Part shown: positions 25,730 to 37,859 of the stretch, piece by piece
Numbering within the stretch: the stretch's first letter is position 1
Layout of the letters: each line of letters opens with the position of its first letter
From: Octopus vulgaris
Taxonomy: Eukaryota
DNA: 64,000 nt
Direction: 5' to 3'
NCBI GenBank assembly: GCA_951406725.2
Contig: OX597815.1
Coordinates: 126,666,001-126,730,000, forward strand
Made by a program: the position numbers and the translations under genes
The notes under the pieces: generated by a model
What the model was told of the DNA's origin: nothing
The model's database searches: none
The model's input: the letters and a program-made list of their open reading frames with translations, nothing else

Positions 25730-27201
25730 GGAGAGTACTACAGCTCAGCAAACACAAGCATAGCAAGTGAAAGTTAAGCAAGTTCCTAATTTTGGCAAGT
25801 CCCCAACTCAGCAAGTCCTGCACAAAAACAAAATAATTGACTGACTGAAATCGATCTCTTAACCTTTGAATTCTCACTTATAATACCTTTAAAATCCAAC
25901 TAAAATAACTGCTACAATTTGTAATCCAGTTATAAACAACTTTCCAAAAGTTTAATTTTGTTTAAATAATTTCACACTTTCCATACACAGTCAGAAAAAT
26001 GGAAACCAAAATGAAAATTGATGAGGAAAAGGCAAGATTTTCTATAGAGGGCATTCATACAGGACTGGAACAAAAACAGAGAGTACTGTTTGCTGGCAAT
26101 GCAGTGATGAGAATTGTTCTGAGTCAATTTCAATGCTTCTGAACATTAAGGAAGAAGAAAAGGTTAAAGAATGTCATACTCATAACCATGCATCAGACCC
26201 TGCTAAACAAAAAGTTGAGAAAGTCTTGGACAATACGGCAGCCCAAGTCATTACTATTCAGGTACCTCCTTGTTGAATAATAAGTGATACACTACTAGGT
26301 ATAACAAAAGAAGAATTGGTTTGAGTTCTGAAATGAAAGGTGTTGACAACAAGAATCTAGAGAAAACAGGCAAGTTGAAGGAGAGTTTCCACCAGAACCA
26401 GCAACAGCTGCCAATGTGATGATTCCTGTACATTCTGTGACCTTTTGTTCTTTCCTGTAGTTCAGAGGCATTGAAATTAACTCAGAACAATTCTCATTGC
26501 TGCATCGCCAGCAAACAGTACTTTCTGTTATTGTTCCAGCCCTGTATGAATGTCCTTTATAGGGAATCTTGTCTTTTCCTCTTCGAGTTTTGTCAATTTT
26601 CATTTTGGTTTCCATTTTTCTGACTGGGTACAGAAAGTGTGAAATTATTTAAACAAAATTAAATTTTTGGAAACTTGTTTATAACTGGATTACAAATTGT
26701 AGCAGTTAGTTTAGTTGGCTTTTAAAGGTATTATAATTGAGAATTCAATGGTTAAGAGATAAATTTCTGTTGATCAATTATTTCATTTTTGTGCAGGACT
26801 TGCTGAATCAGGTACTTGCTGAAATTGGAAACTTGTTTAGTTCACACTTAGATGATTTAATGTGGAAAGAGACTGTTTTATGATGCAAACTTTCAGTTTA
26901 AAAAAAAATGGTGTAACAGTCAAAAATACCAATGTATGAGGACACTGATTAATGTAGGAGAGTTCCAGTTAATAAAGATTTTGTGTTTTCACCAGTTGAA
27001 TTAATCTGGGAAGAATAAGGGAGCAAAGAGGAGTTGTATACATTGAAGACAACAAGAACTATTTCTTCTGAGAAAGGAAAATGAAATAAATGTTCTTGTG
27101 AGCTACTGAGTTTTGACAAAGCCAAGTTGTGGTACTTGCTGAAATGTTACTTGCTAAAATTCTGCTTGTTGAGTTTTTACTTGCGAGCTGTAGTGTTCCC
27201 C
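25730..27201. mobile_element. Palindromic MULE (Mutator-like) derivative with FLYWCH remnants on both arms
   Basis: Termini ggagagtactacagctc / gagctgtagtgttcccc with gcaagt subrepeats. ~400-bp inverted arms at ~25770-26174 and ~26429-26845. Translation KTRRGKDKIPYKGHSY...WRC...C on the right arm and ECHTHNH..DP on the left arm. Confidence 0.7.
26851..27124. repeat. ~270-bp direct duplication of 30518-30787
   Basis: aatgtggaaagagactgtttta...gagctactgagttttgaca is present at both positions. Confidence 0.9.
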
Positions 27202-27789
27202 ATTATATGTATGAGAGCATGTTTATTTATATGTATATGTATATATATTTACGTTTCAAGCTGGATGTAGTATATTGTAGAATGATTGTTGCATACATGA
27301 AATCATAGTCCTTAACACATATTAGATGTTCTCTAACATCTAACATATGAACAACATAGTACCTTTAACTACACTTCAGTATACATACACTGATGTTTTG
27401 AGCTCACCCACTCCTACTTCCACTGCTCATTTGTCTCACTCACTTATCCCTCTCCTATTTCTCTCCCTCCTCTCCTCTCCCTTTCTCATTTTCATTTGCC
27501 TCCTCCTCCTCCTCCTCCTCCTCCTCCTTCTTCTTCTTCTTCTTCTTCTTCTTCTTCTTCTTCTTCTTTTTCTTCTCTCTCTGTCTCCCTCTCCCCACTC
27601 GCTCTTTCTATGACCCAGAATATGTATTAACATCCAGTTATACAATCCAACTCCCCACCATCTCTTGTACAATAAGAATGCAATGTAAGCAGATGTCAAC
27701 CATTTGATAATTGTTTCTATTTCATTTTCTCAAACTTCTCCTATTACTTTTGCTTCATTTTGATAATGAGTATAACTAGATCTGTGGCT

Positions 27790-28200
27790 TATTCAAACTG
27801 TGAAATAGTTAATATTAGTAACAGAGTGTCTAACCTCTCTTCATCTAAAGAAATTTTCAAGAAAACAGCCTCCTACTATAACAATGCCCTAGCCAATAGT
27901 GGTTTCAAAGACAAATTAATATATAATCCCTCTAATATTAATCAGAATAATAATAACAGATCTAGAGGCATCAAAGATAAAGTAATACATAACACCTCTA
28001 ATATATAATCCTAATCAGGTGAAAAGTAGGAGAATTTCCAATGCAGCACTCAACATGAGTTTGTAGTTATCTACTCTCTTGAATCAGAACCCTGAGGAAG
28101 ATTGAAATTCTGCTGGTGTAGAAAATCCAGGTACAACATCAGTAAATTCAATGTGTGAGTCTAACAAAGAATAATATATAATCCAAATAAGGAGACTTAT
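27790..28200 (+). mobile_element. Penelope-like element remnant (RT thumb region)
   Basis: NISNRVSNLSSSKEIFKKTASYYNNALANSGFKDKLIY, followed by CTGAGGA and a hairpin (28092-28152) resembling a broken hammerhead. Confidence 0.6.
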
Positions 28201-28250
28201 GTTAGCATAGAAAGCGAATGTTATATGGTGATGATGACAATGATAATATA

Positions 28251-29365
28251 TCATCATCATCATCATCGTTTAGCGTCCGTTTTCCATGCTAGCATGGGTT
28301 GGACGGTTCTACTGGGGTCTGTGAAGCCAGAAGGCTTCATCAGGCCCAGTCAAATCTGGCAGTGTTTCTACGGCTGGATGCCCTTCCTAACGCCAAACAC
28401 TCCGTGAGTGTAGTGGGTGCTTTTTACGTGCCACCCGCACTGGTGCCAGACAGAGCTGGCAAACGGCCATGAACGGATGGTGCTTTTTATGTGCCACCGG
28501 CACGAGGGCCAGGCGAGGCTGGCAACGGACACGAAACGGGGCGGTGCTGGCAACGGTCGCGAAACGGAAAGTTCTCTTACATGCCACCGGCACTGGTAAC
28601 ACATCTGCAATTTCCATTGATCGATTTCGATTCTGATCCTCACTTGCCTCAACGGGTCTTCACAAGCAGAGTTTCGACATGCCACCGGCACTGGTAGCAC
28701 ATCCGCAATTTCCATTGATCGATTTCGATTCTGATCCTCACTTGCCTCAACACGTCTTCACAAGTAGAGTTTTGTGTCCCAAGAAGGGAAGGTATGCATA
28801 CGTAGGCTGGCTCCATCCCATCTAGAAGGCTACGGGTTATGGACTCACTTGTCCTGCCGGGTCTTCTCGCGCACAGCACACTTCCAGAGGTCTCGGTCTC
28901 TAGTCATTTCCTCAGTGAGACCTAAAGTTCGAAGGTCGTGCTTCACCACCTCGTCCCAGGTTTTCCTGGGTCTGCCTCTTCCACAGGTTCCCTCAACCGC
29001 TAGGGTGTGGCACTTTTTCACACAACTATCTTCATCCATTCTCGCCACATGACCATACCAGCGCAAACGTCTCTCTTGCACACCACAACTGATGCTTCTT
29101 AGGTCCAGCTTTTCTCTCAAGGTACTTACACTCTGCCGAGTGTGAGTACCGGCATTACACATCCATCAGAGCATACTGGCTTCATTTCTAGCGAGCTTAC
29201 GCATATCCTCAGCAGTCACGGCCCATGTTTCACTGCCATGTAGCATGGCTGTTCGTACACACGCATCATACAGTCTGCCTTTCACTCTGTGCGAGAGGCC
29301 TTTTGTCACCAGCAGAGGTAAGAGCTCTCTGAACTTTGCCCAAGCTATTCTTACTCTAGCAGTTA

Positions 29366-29370
<5 letters not shown>
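28251..29370 (-). mobile_element. Young RTE-clade LINE 3' fragment (CpG retained)
   Basis: ERRLRWYGHVARMDEDSCVKKC...GRPRKTWDEVVKHDL; (GAT)n tail; ~99-bp tandem duplication in the 3' UTR (~28579-28770); the 5' end abuts (TA)n. Confidence 0.9.
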
Positions 29371-29419
<49 letters not shown>

Positions 29420-31858
29420 AAAACTATAATATATATATATTGTGTTGAAACCTATGTTGTCCATACAATATATTTTTAGCTCTCAGCTTCCAGCTTCTCG
29501 TCATTGTTACAATAGACAATTTTGGAATAACTCTTTGATAACGTCTTGAGGACACAATAAATATTGGATACCTGTGGCTTTGGAAACCTTATTTGTTCTG
29601 AAAATAGTATCAGTGTGTAAGGAAATCTGATTATCAAATTTGGCAACCAGCTATATTGTCATGATTTTAATACTACGTATTGTGTGTGTGAGTGTGCGTG
29701 TGAATGTGTGTGTATGTGTGTGTATCTTTTATTTGTTTCAGCTATTTGACTGTGGCCATGCTGGAGCACTGCCTTGGAGAATATTTTGTCAAAGGAATTG
29801 GTCCCGGTACCTATTTTATTTAAAGCTTGGTACTTATTCTATCAATCTCTTTTGTCAAACCACTAAGTTGCAGAGACATAAACACAACAACAACAGTTGT
29901 CAAGCAATGTTGGGACAACCAATAGATACACATACACACACACACAAAGAGCTTCTTTCAGTTTCCATCAACCAAATTCACTTTCATGGCTTTAGTCAGC
30001 CCTAGGCTATTGTAGAAGACACCTGCCCAAGATGTCATGCAGTGGGACTGAACCATGGGGTTGGGAAGCATAAGGAAGGGCATCCAACCATAGATATCTT
30101 GTCAAAATTGACAGTGGAGTTTGATACAGCCATGCAGCTTGTAGGATGCTGTCAAACCATCCAACCAATGCCATCATGGAAAATGGATGTTAACTAATGA
30201 TGATGTTGATGACGATGACGATGATGATGATGATGCTTTTCTTTTCTGCTCTAGGCACAAGGCCCAAAATTTTTGGGGAGGGGTCAGTCGATTTTAGATC
30301 AACTCCAGTATGCAACTGGTACTTAATTTATCTACCCCAAAAGGATGAAAGGAAAAGTCAACCTCAGTGGAATTAAAACTCAGAACGTAAAGACAGATGA
30401 AATACTGCTATGCATTTCGTCTGGCATGCTAACATTTCTGCCAGCTCGCCGCCTAAATGACAATGATGATGATGATAATGACAGATAATGTAAAAAGCTT
30501 TGATTAAACAATTGTTGGATGATCCAATGTGGAAAGAGACTGTTTTATGGTGCAAACTTTCAGTTTAAAAAAGTTGGTGTGATGGTCAAAACTACCAATA
30601 TATGAGGACACTGATTAATGTAGAGAATTCCAGTTAATGAAGATTTTGTTTTTACCAGTTGAATCAATCTGAGGGGAATAAGGGAGCAAAGAGGAGTTGT
30701 ATACATTGAAGAAAACAAGAACTATTTCTTCTGAGAAAGGTAAGTGAAGTAAATGTTCTTGTGAGCTACTGAGTTTTGACAGAGCCATTTTCTATTGATC
30801 ATCAATATTTCTTTAGTTATTTGATGGGCTTCTCTCACTCTCTGATGATCTCTCATTATGGCACATATCTATAAAAGGAGCTAAAAGTGCAGCTGGATGC
30901 GTCTAAAAAACTTTACTGTCACTTCATGCTCAGAAACAACTTCAGCTCTAAATCCTATTCAAAGCACGAGTCTATCTCCCTTCAGTGAACTCTTCATACA
31001 TCTTTATTAGAACAGCTGTTATAAACGCATGCACGCACGCACACACACCTGTATGCTCACACATAGGCAAGGTAGTGTCCCTAAAAGCCACCCAACTGAT
31101 TGGCAAGGATTCATTTGTCTATACATAACAACCAATAGCTGTACCCTTCCTTCTGTCTGTTCTACAATAGATCTTGCCCTTCTGAACTAACAAGCTTGAT
31201 GCACTTATGATATTATACATGAGTGTTTGGCGAGCTGGCAGCTGGAGTCTTAGAGTAGCTGTCCACCGAAGTTCCATATAATATGGGAATGAAAAAGGAA
31301 AAGGAGGAAAATACAATGTTATTAAAACAAAGACACATTCACAAGTAGACAAACAAATGGTTTGATTAGGGTATAATCAATTTGGCGAAGAAACTAAAGA
31401 GAAAATATTACGACGATAACCACCACAGATCTACAATGGAAGAATTCACCACGTGTAGTTGAGGGTAAAAGACAACGTTGAACGACAGTAAGTACGTCCA
31501 AAAATTTATAAAGCAGTGACATACATAGATACTTGTAGCACACATATATATACGTGCAGAGTGAAAATAAATCACACTATTTAATGTGGCGGACTACACT
31601 GCAAAAAATGAAAAATCACTAATTTCATTTCTGTTTACAAACTCTCTCCGTGTCTACACTAAACATACGCACAAATCCTTTTATGTATACACACGCAATA
31701 TTTAAGAAAAAAAGGAATATACACAAAAAAGAACGAAACATGTGTATATACACACACAATATTTAAGAACAAAAGGAATATACACAAAAAAAAAGAACGA
31801 ATCAAAAACAAATATTTTACTTTTATCGTATTGTTGTTTACATTTTCTGTCTCTACGG

Positions 31859-32932
31859 ATGACCAGAAGCAACAAAATCGCCATGGTGGAATCCATAGTG
31901 GAGTGCGATAAGACTGGTCGCTGCTCCAAAATAGAACACTGCCCTGAAAATCACACCTGCCACATCTGTACGGAACCCGAAAATACGTTCCGTAATCGCT
32001 GGGTCGAATGTGGGACATGTCTCATCTCTGTCTGCCTCCAATGTGTCACAGACTTTCAGAAGATCCCAGGCCAAAAAAAGAGCCATCATAATGCTATGAT
32101 GGATAGACTCTGGAAGATGGTTCAGCTTAAATCTTGGACTTTTCAGTGTCAGGCCTACGTGCCTCCACAACCGACGATTGTGTCTCCCCCTGTCACTCCC
32201 GTGGAGGAGGCGGAACAGCAACAGCAGCAACAACAAAATCAACCACAACTAGAGCAGCAGCAACAACAACAACAACAACACCAACAACACCAATTGACCA
32301 GTGCGGTTCTTGCAGAACTGCAACAATCGATCTGTGCTTTAAGAGGGGAAGTAGCAGGAATAAAAGCAAGCATTCAGGTTGGACTCCACAATGAGGGGTC
32401 TTATCGGCATGCTCTGCTAAAGAACCTCCCTGTACTTCTTGCCGCATCTAAGACCGCGGATTCTGCTACCCATGAAGTTATTGCCATTGGGGTGCCAGAA
32501 GACATGGCTGATCTTCAGGCATTTGCTGCCAACTCAGCCAAAGACCTAGGCTGCGTTCCCCCAACGGGTGCTCTTCGCCTTGGACGACCTGGCCCAAAAC
32601 CCAGGCTCATCAAGCTGTCTTTTTCAGACCACGCTGAGGCAACCTCATACCATCTGGCCTCAGTTAAAGCTGGGCGTGAAAATCGGACTACCTTCCGAAC
32701 ACGCCCAGGCTTACCATTCGATGTACGTCCGAAGCTACGTGTAGCGGCTTCCCTGAACCGGAACGCAGCTCTACAAGAAAGTTTCAGTCTTCATGAAGAT
32801 GGACAAATCTGGAGATTTGTTAAGACTGGTGAAACATGGAAGAGAGATACCAGCTGGTCTGAGTGCTCTCTACCCACAATAATTGACACTGAAAAAAAAT
32901 CTAAAAAAACTACAGCAACTCAGGGAAACTAA
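31859..32932 (+). CDS. LINE ORF1 protein: PHD-finger-like Cys cluster, polyQ, coiled coil, RRM-like region
   Basis: Open frame of 357 aa from ATG 31859: CHIC...WVECGTC...CLQC...FQC, polyQ, LAELQQSICALRGEV, VIAIGVPED...RLGR...PRLIKLSF. Confidence 0.8.
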   Translation: MTRSNKIAMVESIVECDKTGRCSKIEHCPENHTCHICTEPENTFRNRWVECGTCLISVCLQCVTDFQKIPGQKKSHHNAMMDRLWKMVQLKSWTFQCQAYVPPQPTIVSPPVTPVEEAEQQQQQQQNQPQLEQQQQQQQQHQQHQLTSAVLAELQQSICALRGEVAGIKASIQVGLHNEGSYRHALLKNLPVLLAASKTADSATHEVIAIGVPEDMADLQAFAANSAKDLGCVPPTGALRLGRPGPKPRLIKLSFSDHAEATSYHLASVKAGRENRTTFRTRPGLPFDVRPKLRVAASLNRNAALQESFSLHEDGQIWRFVKTGETWKRDTSWSECSLPTIIDTEKKSKKTTATQGN

Positions 32933-33009
32933 ACCAGAACAACCTGCCATCCTCTACACACCATCATAAACTGCAAGCAGGGTACAAACCATCATAAACT
33001 GCAAGCAGG

Positions 33010-35770
33010 GTCCTTAAATGCTCGCAGTTTATGCAACAAAATACATTTGTTCAACGCCTACGTCAGAAGTATTGACCCTGACTTCATCACTGTCATGGAA
33101 ACATGGGCACATTCCTTACTCTGTGATGGGGTTTTCAACATTACGGGGTACAACCTCTTCCGCAAGGACCGCATTAACCGCCGTGGTGGTGGTGTGATGG
33201 TCTATGTTCGTCCAAATTTTTCGGTAATTCCTTGTGCCGATTTGAACGAATCCCAAGAAGTTTTTTTTTTGTGACGTACGTATGACCATGTCAACACTCC
33301 TGCTTGGTGTTGTTTATCGTCCCCCAAATTACCATCAAGACACACAGCTTTGCGATATCCTCCGAGCTGCTGCCAGGAAAACAGCCACTTATGTTTTTAT
33401 TGCAGGCGATTTCAATCATCCTGAGATCAATTGGGAAACCTTCCATTGGCCACAGAGTGCAAACGATTTTGTTGAGCTTGTACTGGACTCAAACTGGTCA
33501 CAAGTAGTCACCTCCCGAACAAGAGGCGACAACACCGTGGACCTGCTCTTCACCACAACTCCTGAAGCGGTTATCAATTGCACTACGGAGGAACCTCTAG
33601 GTGACTCTGATCATGCTATGATCATCGCCAATCTGGCTCTTGTGGGCAACAACAAAAACCTGAACCATCTCCAATCTGCTTCCTTCAATTGGAAGAGAGC
33701 AAATTGGAACCTGTACCACACTGAACTACAGCACCCAAACTGGCGTGAATTCTACAACTCTGGAGATGTGAATACTATACTCCAGAGTATCCTGGACTCA
33801 ATATGGGCAGCATGTGCAGCATCAGTGCCACGTAAACAGAAAAAGAAGAACCGCCCCAAAAGGGCAATTTGGGAAACTTCAGCGGTCCGACTTGCCAGGA
33901 AGGAACGTCGGACTGCTGAATGGGAAAACAAGTTGCATAAATCAAACACCAACAGGAAGAAGCGGAATAAAACTTCCAACCATCTCAAGCAAGTGACAAA
34001 AAAAGCAGTCTTGAATTTGAACAGTGCATAGCAGCCAATCCTGACAGCAAGGTTTTCTGGAAATATGTGCATTCGAAGCAGAGACCTCACTCTCCAGTGG
34101 GCCCTCTTCGCAACCCTCACACAAACCAGATCACTGACGACCCCAAGGAATGCGCAGAACTCATTGCCGAGTGCTATGCAAACATATTCACTGTTGAAAC
34201 TCAAAATGTACCATCTTCACCATCTCTAACAGCAAATTCCATAACAACTATGGAATTTACACCTGCAATGCTGTGACGTCACCTTCAAAATAAGCGCAAC
34301 TATGCCTCCCCTGGTCTCGATGGAGTTACATACCTGCTTCTCAAACGTGGCAGGTACTTCCTTTTACACCAGCTTTCTATTTTCTTCCAGTACTGTCTCA
34401 ACAATGGTGCTACTCCGGAGCAGTGGAAAACTGCCAGTGTCATTCCTCTGTTCAAAAAGGGCGACCGCACATCACCTGTCAACTATCGCCCAGTCAGTCT
34501 CACTAGCTGTATTGCAAAACTGATGGAATCGTGAGTCAGAGAAACACTCTGGAACTTCTGGAGCTCTCACAGTCTCATCCGACCCTCACAATATGGATTT
34601 GTCCCTAACTCCAGCTGCATTGATCAGCTTGTCGAGTTCCTTGAGGACATTACTCAGATCACTGACAGTGGCTCATGGGTGGATGTTGTCTACCTTGACT
34701 TTGCTAAGGCTTTCAACTCAGTGCCACACAAAAGGCTTATGGTGAAACTCTCTGCAATGGGTGTGAGGGACGACCTTTTTAACTGGTTGAAATCCTTCAT
34801 TCTCAGCCGAAAGGAAGTAGTCACAGTTCTAGGACAGCATTCTACACCATATGAGATGTCATCGGGTGTACCACAGGAATCTGTCCTTGGTCCCCTCTTG
34901 TTTGTGGCATACATTAATGACATAGATGCCAATTTAAAGAATGCCACAATATTGAAATATGCAGACGACATCAAGCTGTACCTTGAAATCAAGAGGACAG
35001 ACCCTGATGTCTACAACTCTTTCCTGCAATCAGACCTAGACACAATGCAGCAATGGATCACAGACTGGCAACTGAAACTGGCTGTGGACAAGTGTACCAC
35101 CATGCATTTTGGGAGAAAAAACCCTGCGTCCACATACTCCCTCCACAACACTGATATCAAGAAATCCTCTTGTGAGCGTGACCTAGGCATCACTGTCAGC
35201 AGTGATTTGCGTTGGACAAAGCATATCTCTAAAATTGTCAAGAAGGCCGAGGGTGTCTTGGCATCACTCAGCAAGACTTTTGTTAGCCGCTCTCCAGCCA
35301 TCTATTTAAAACTGTATGCAGCTATGGTACGACCACACTTGGAATTCGCATCATCAGTTTGGAATTCCTATCTTGCTCAGAACATTGACCTCCTGGAATC
35401 TGTCCAGAGACGTGCAACCAAACGCATACCCTACATCAGACGCCTACCATATTCTGAGCGCCTTGTTTCCCTGGGCATGGATTCACTGAAGCTCCGGCGT
35501 CTGGCGACGGACTTGGTAAACACCCACAAAGTTATCAACCACCTCACCAACAACAACACTAAACACCTTTTTGATCTCCATGTGTCTAACACACGTGGAC
35601 ATGCCTACAAAGTCAGAAAACAATACAGCTCCCATGATTTCCGGAAACATTTTTTCACGCTCAGAGTTGCTGAAGCATGGAACAAACTGCCTGCGTCAGT
35701 TGTTGACTGCCATGACACTGCATCCTTTAAGGCCCTCATGCTTTCCGAAATCCGCCGAAACTACACCTGA
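33010..35770 (+). pseudogene. Disrupted LINE ORF2 (apurinic endonuclease + reverse transcriptase)
   Basis: Motifs NARS, ETW, GDFN, SDH, NYRPVSLTS, YLDFAKAF, GVPQESVLGP and YADD (34958-34969). Frameshifts near the poly-T at ~33265 and near ~34015; TGA stops at 34274 and 34532. Confidence 0.9.
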
Positions 35771-35824
35771 TTATATATACACTTTAGATGAGTTGTAGTG
35801 CACCTGAGCACTGTACACAATTAC

Positions 35825-35856
<32 letters not shown>

Positions 35857-37324
35857 TCATTTGTCTCTCCTTGTTTGTTGTGTCTTACCACTAATCCCTT
35901 CATCTAAAACTTTATCCTCAAAAAGGCATCTCACAGGAAGTCTTCTTCTCCTCTGCTTCTCACATAGACATCAGCCGGCAAAAGTTCAACCTGATTTTCC
36001 GTTGTCTCAATCTCTATCTACGTCAATAAACAGATGGAAAAAAATTTAAGGGAGATAATGCAAAAATTATCTGTTGCTTATTTTTTTTATTCCCCTTTAA
36101 ACTGATTGTTTTTTTTTTTTCTGTTCTTTTAACAAAAAAGTCAAAATAAATGATCTTTTAATATATTTTGAATAAGTTAAATCACCGAGTTATGACCTTT
36201 GAAGAAAGCATGACTATTATAACCCCTAAACTCTTCTGTTATATTCTAATCTTTAAAATATTAATACAAATTTTGTAGCAGATAATTACATCGCTTATAA
36301 TACAACTGAAATATTTGTTAGCCCTTGGAACCCTAGTAGTTATTACATTGGTTATCATTTATATACACATATTATGTATGTTCATTACGTATGTATACGC
36401 TTGTGGCAGGTAATCCAGCTGAAAACATATAATTTTTGCTGATGCAAAAGAAATAGTATGCTATCATGCCTTGTAGTAGGTAGATTCAGAATGGTATCAT
36501 CATATTTTAAATCGACAAAATCTGAACATTTCTACATGGGCAGATGGTAATGTCACGAGCTGCAGCATGCGATAAGGAAAAGAGAAAAAAGGCAAAAAAA
36601 TGGAGACCAGACTAGAAGTTGATTATTTAGACAGGTATCTAAATTTTCATGTGTACTTGGCAAGATTCTGAAGTATATAATTTCCTGTTATTTCCAGTGA
36701 AATGACATGGAAACAAAACTTCTATTAATGTGTAGGTGTAAGATGAGAAGATAGCTTGTGCAGAAAATACAGATATTTCTAATAAGTTTTTGGATAATTT
36801 AAAAGATATAAATGATAATGATAGAACTGAAAGAAAAAAAATACATTCTGTACAGAGAAAAGAGATAACTGAGTCTCATGTTTTGTCACAAATTTCTATA
36901 TCAATCCCCATACATACTCACTTGGAATTGAAAAGCTTCAGATGAATCTCAGCATACTCTAAATTTACGGAAAAGTAAACAGGATTATGAATAGGCTTAT
37001 ATGGCAGAATATTGAGATTTTTATCTATGACTTTAAGCTCTGGAACTATCAACTATCTATATGATAATGCTGTGTAAATCAGTGGCCCTGATTTACATCA
37101 TCATTATCATCCTCATTTAACATCCACTTTTCTCTACTTGTATGCGTCAGATGGAATATGTTGAGGCATATTTTCTTTGGTTAGATGCCCTTTTTTGCCA
37201 CCAGCTCTCACCTGTTTCCACAGATGGACATGTTATCTCAGAAGTCAGTTGACTAACAACATCAACAACAGATTTGTATGATGGTGATGCTCATTTACAC
37301 CATCACATGGTGTCAAAACAACGG

Positions 37325-37855
37325 TGCATGCAAATGCATATATACATACAAAAACACATACATACATACATACATACATAATATATGCATGCATACATAC
37401 ATAAATACATACGTAATACATGCATACATACATACATAATACATGCATACATACATACATGCATGCATGCATACATACATACATAATACATGCATGCATA
37501 CATATATACATACATACGTACATACATACATACATACATTCATACATGCATGCATACATAATATATACATACATACATACATACATACATACATAATACA
37601 TGCATGCATGCATACATACATACATACATAATACATGCATGCATGCATGCATACATACATACATACATACATACGTACATGCATGCATGCATACATACAT
37701 ACATACATACATACATACATACATACATAATACATGCATGCATGCATACATACATAATACATGCATGCATACATAATACATACATGCGTGCATGCATGCA
37801 TGCATGCATGCATACATACATACATACGTACATACATACATACAGACAGACATAC
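37325..37855. repeat. Long compound (CATA)n/(CATG)n microsatellite
   Basis: Read directly. Many other (TA)n, (CA)n, (CATA)n and (AAT)n tracts occur across the window. Confidence 0.9.
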
Positions 37856-37859
37856 ACAA

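Larger units (their letters stand above)
31600..35853 (+). mobile_element. Near full-length CR1-type non-LTR retrotransposon (5' UTR, ORF1, APE-RT ORF2, (TAT)n tail), antisense to KCNQ
   Basis: Two-ORF layout, APE and RT motifs, CR1-like C-terminus (TRGHAYK...FFTLRVAEAWNKLP), short 3' UTR ending in (TAT)n. The 5' boundary is approximate. Confidence 0.9.

Noticed and set aside
28092-28160. CTGAGGA plus long hairpin after a Penelope remnant
   Set aside because: The GAAA box is missing, so it is not called a ribozyme; at most a broken remnant.
31859-32932. Domestication of LINE ORF1 because it is intact while ORF2 is broken
   Set aside because: Four lesions in ~2.8 kb of ORF2 make zero lesions in ~1.1 kb unremarkable.
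36915-36970. Short ag...gtgagt-bounded segment on the minus strand (EYAEIHLKLFNS)
   Set aside because: No similarity to KCNQ, and splice-like pairs this short are common by chance.
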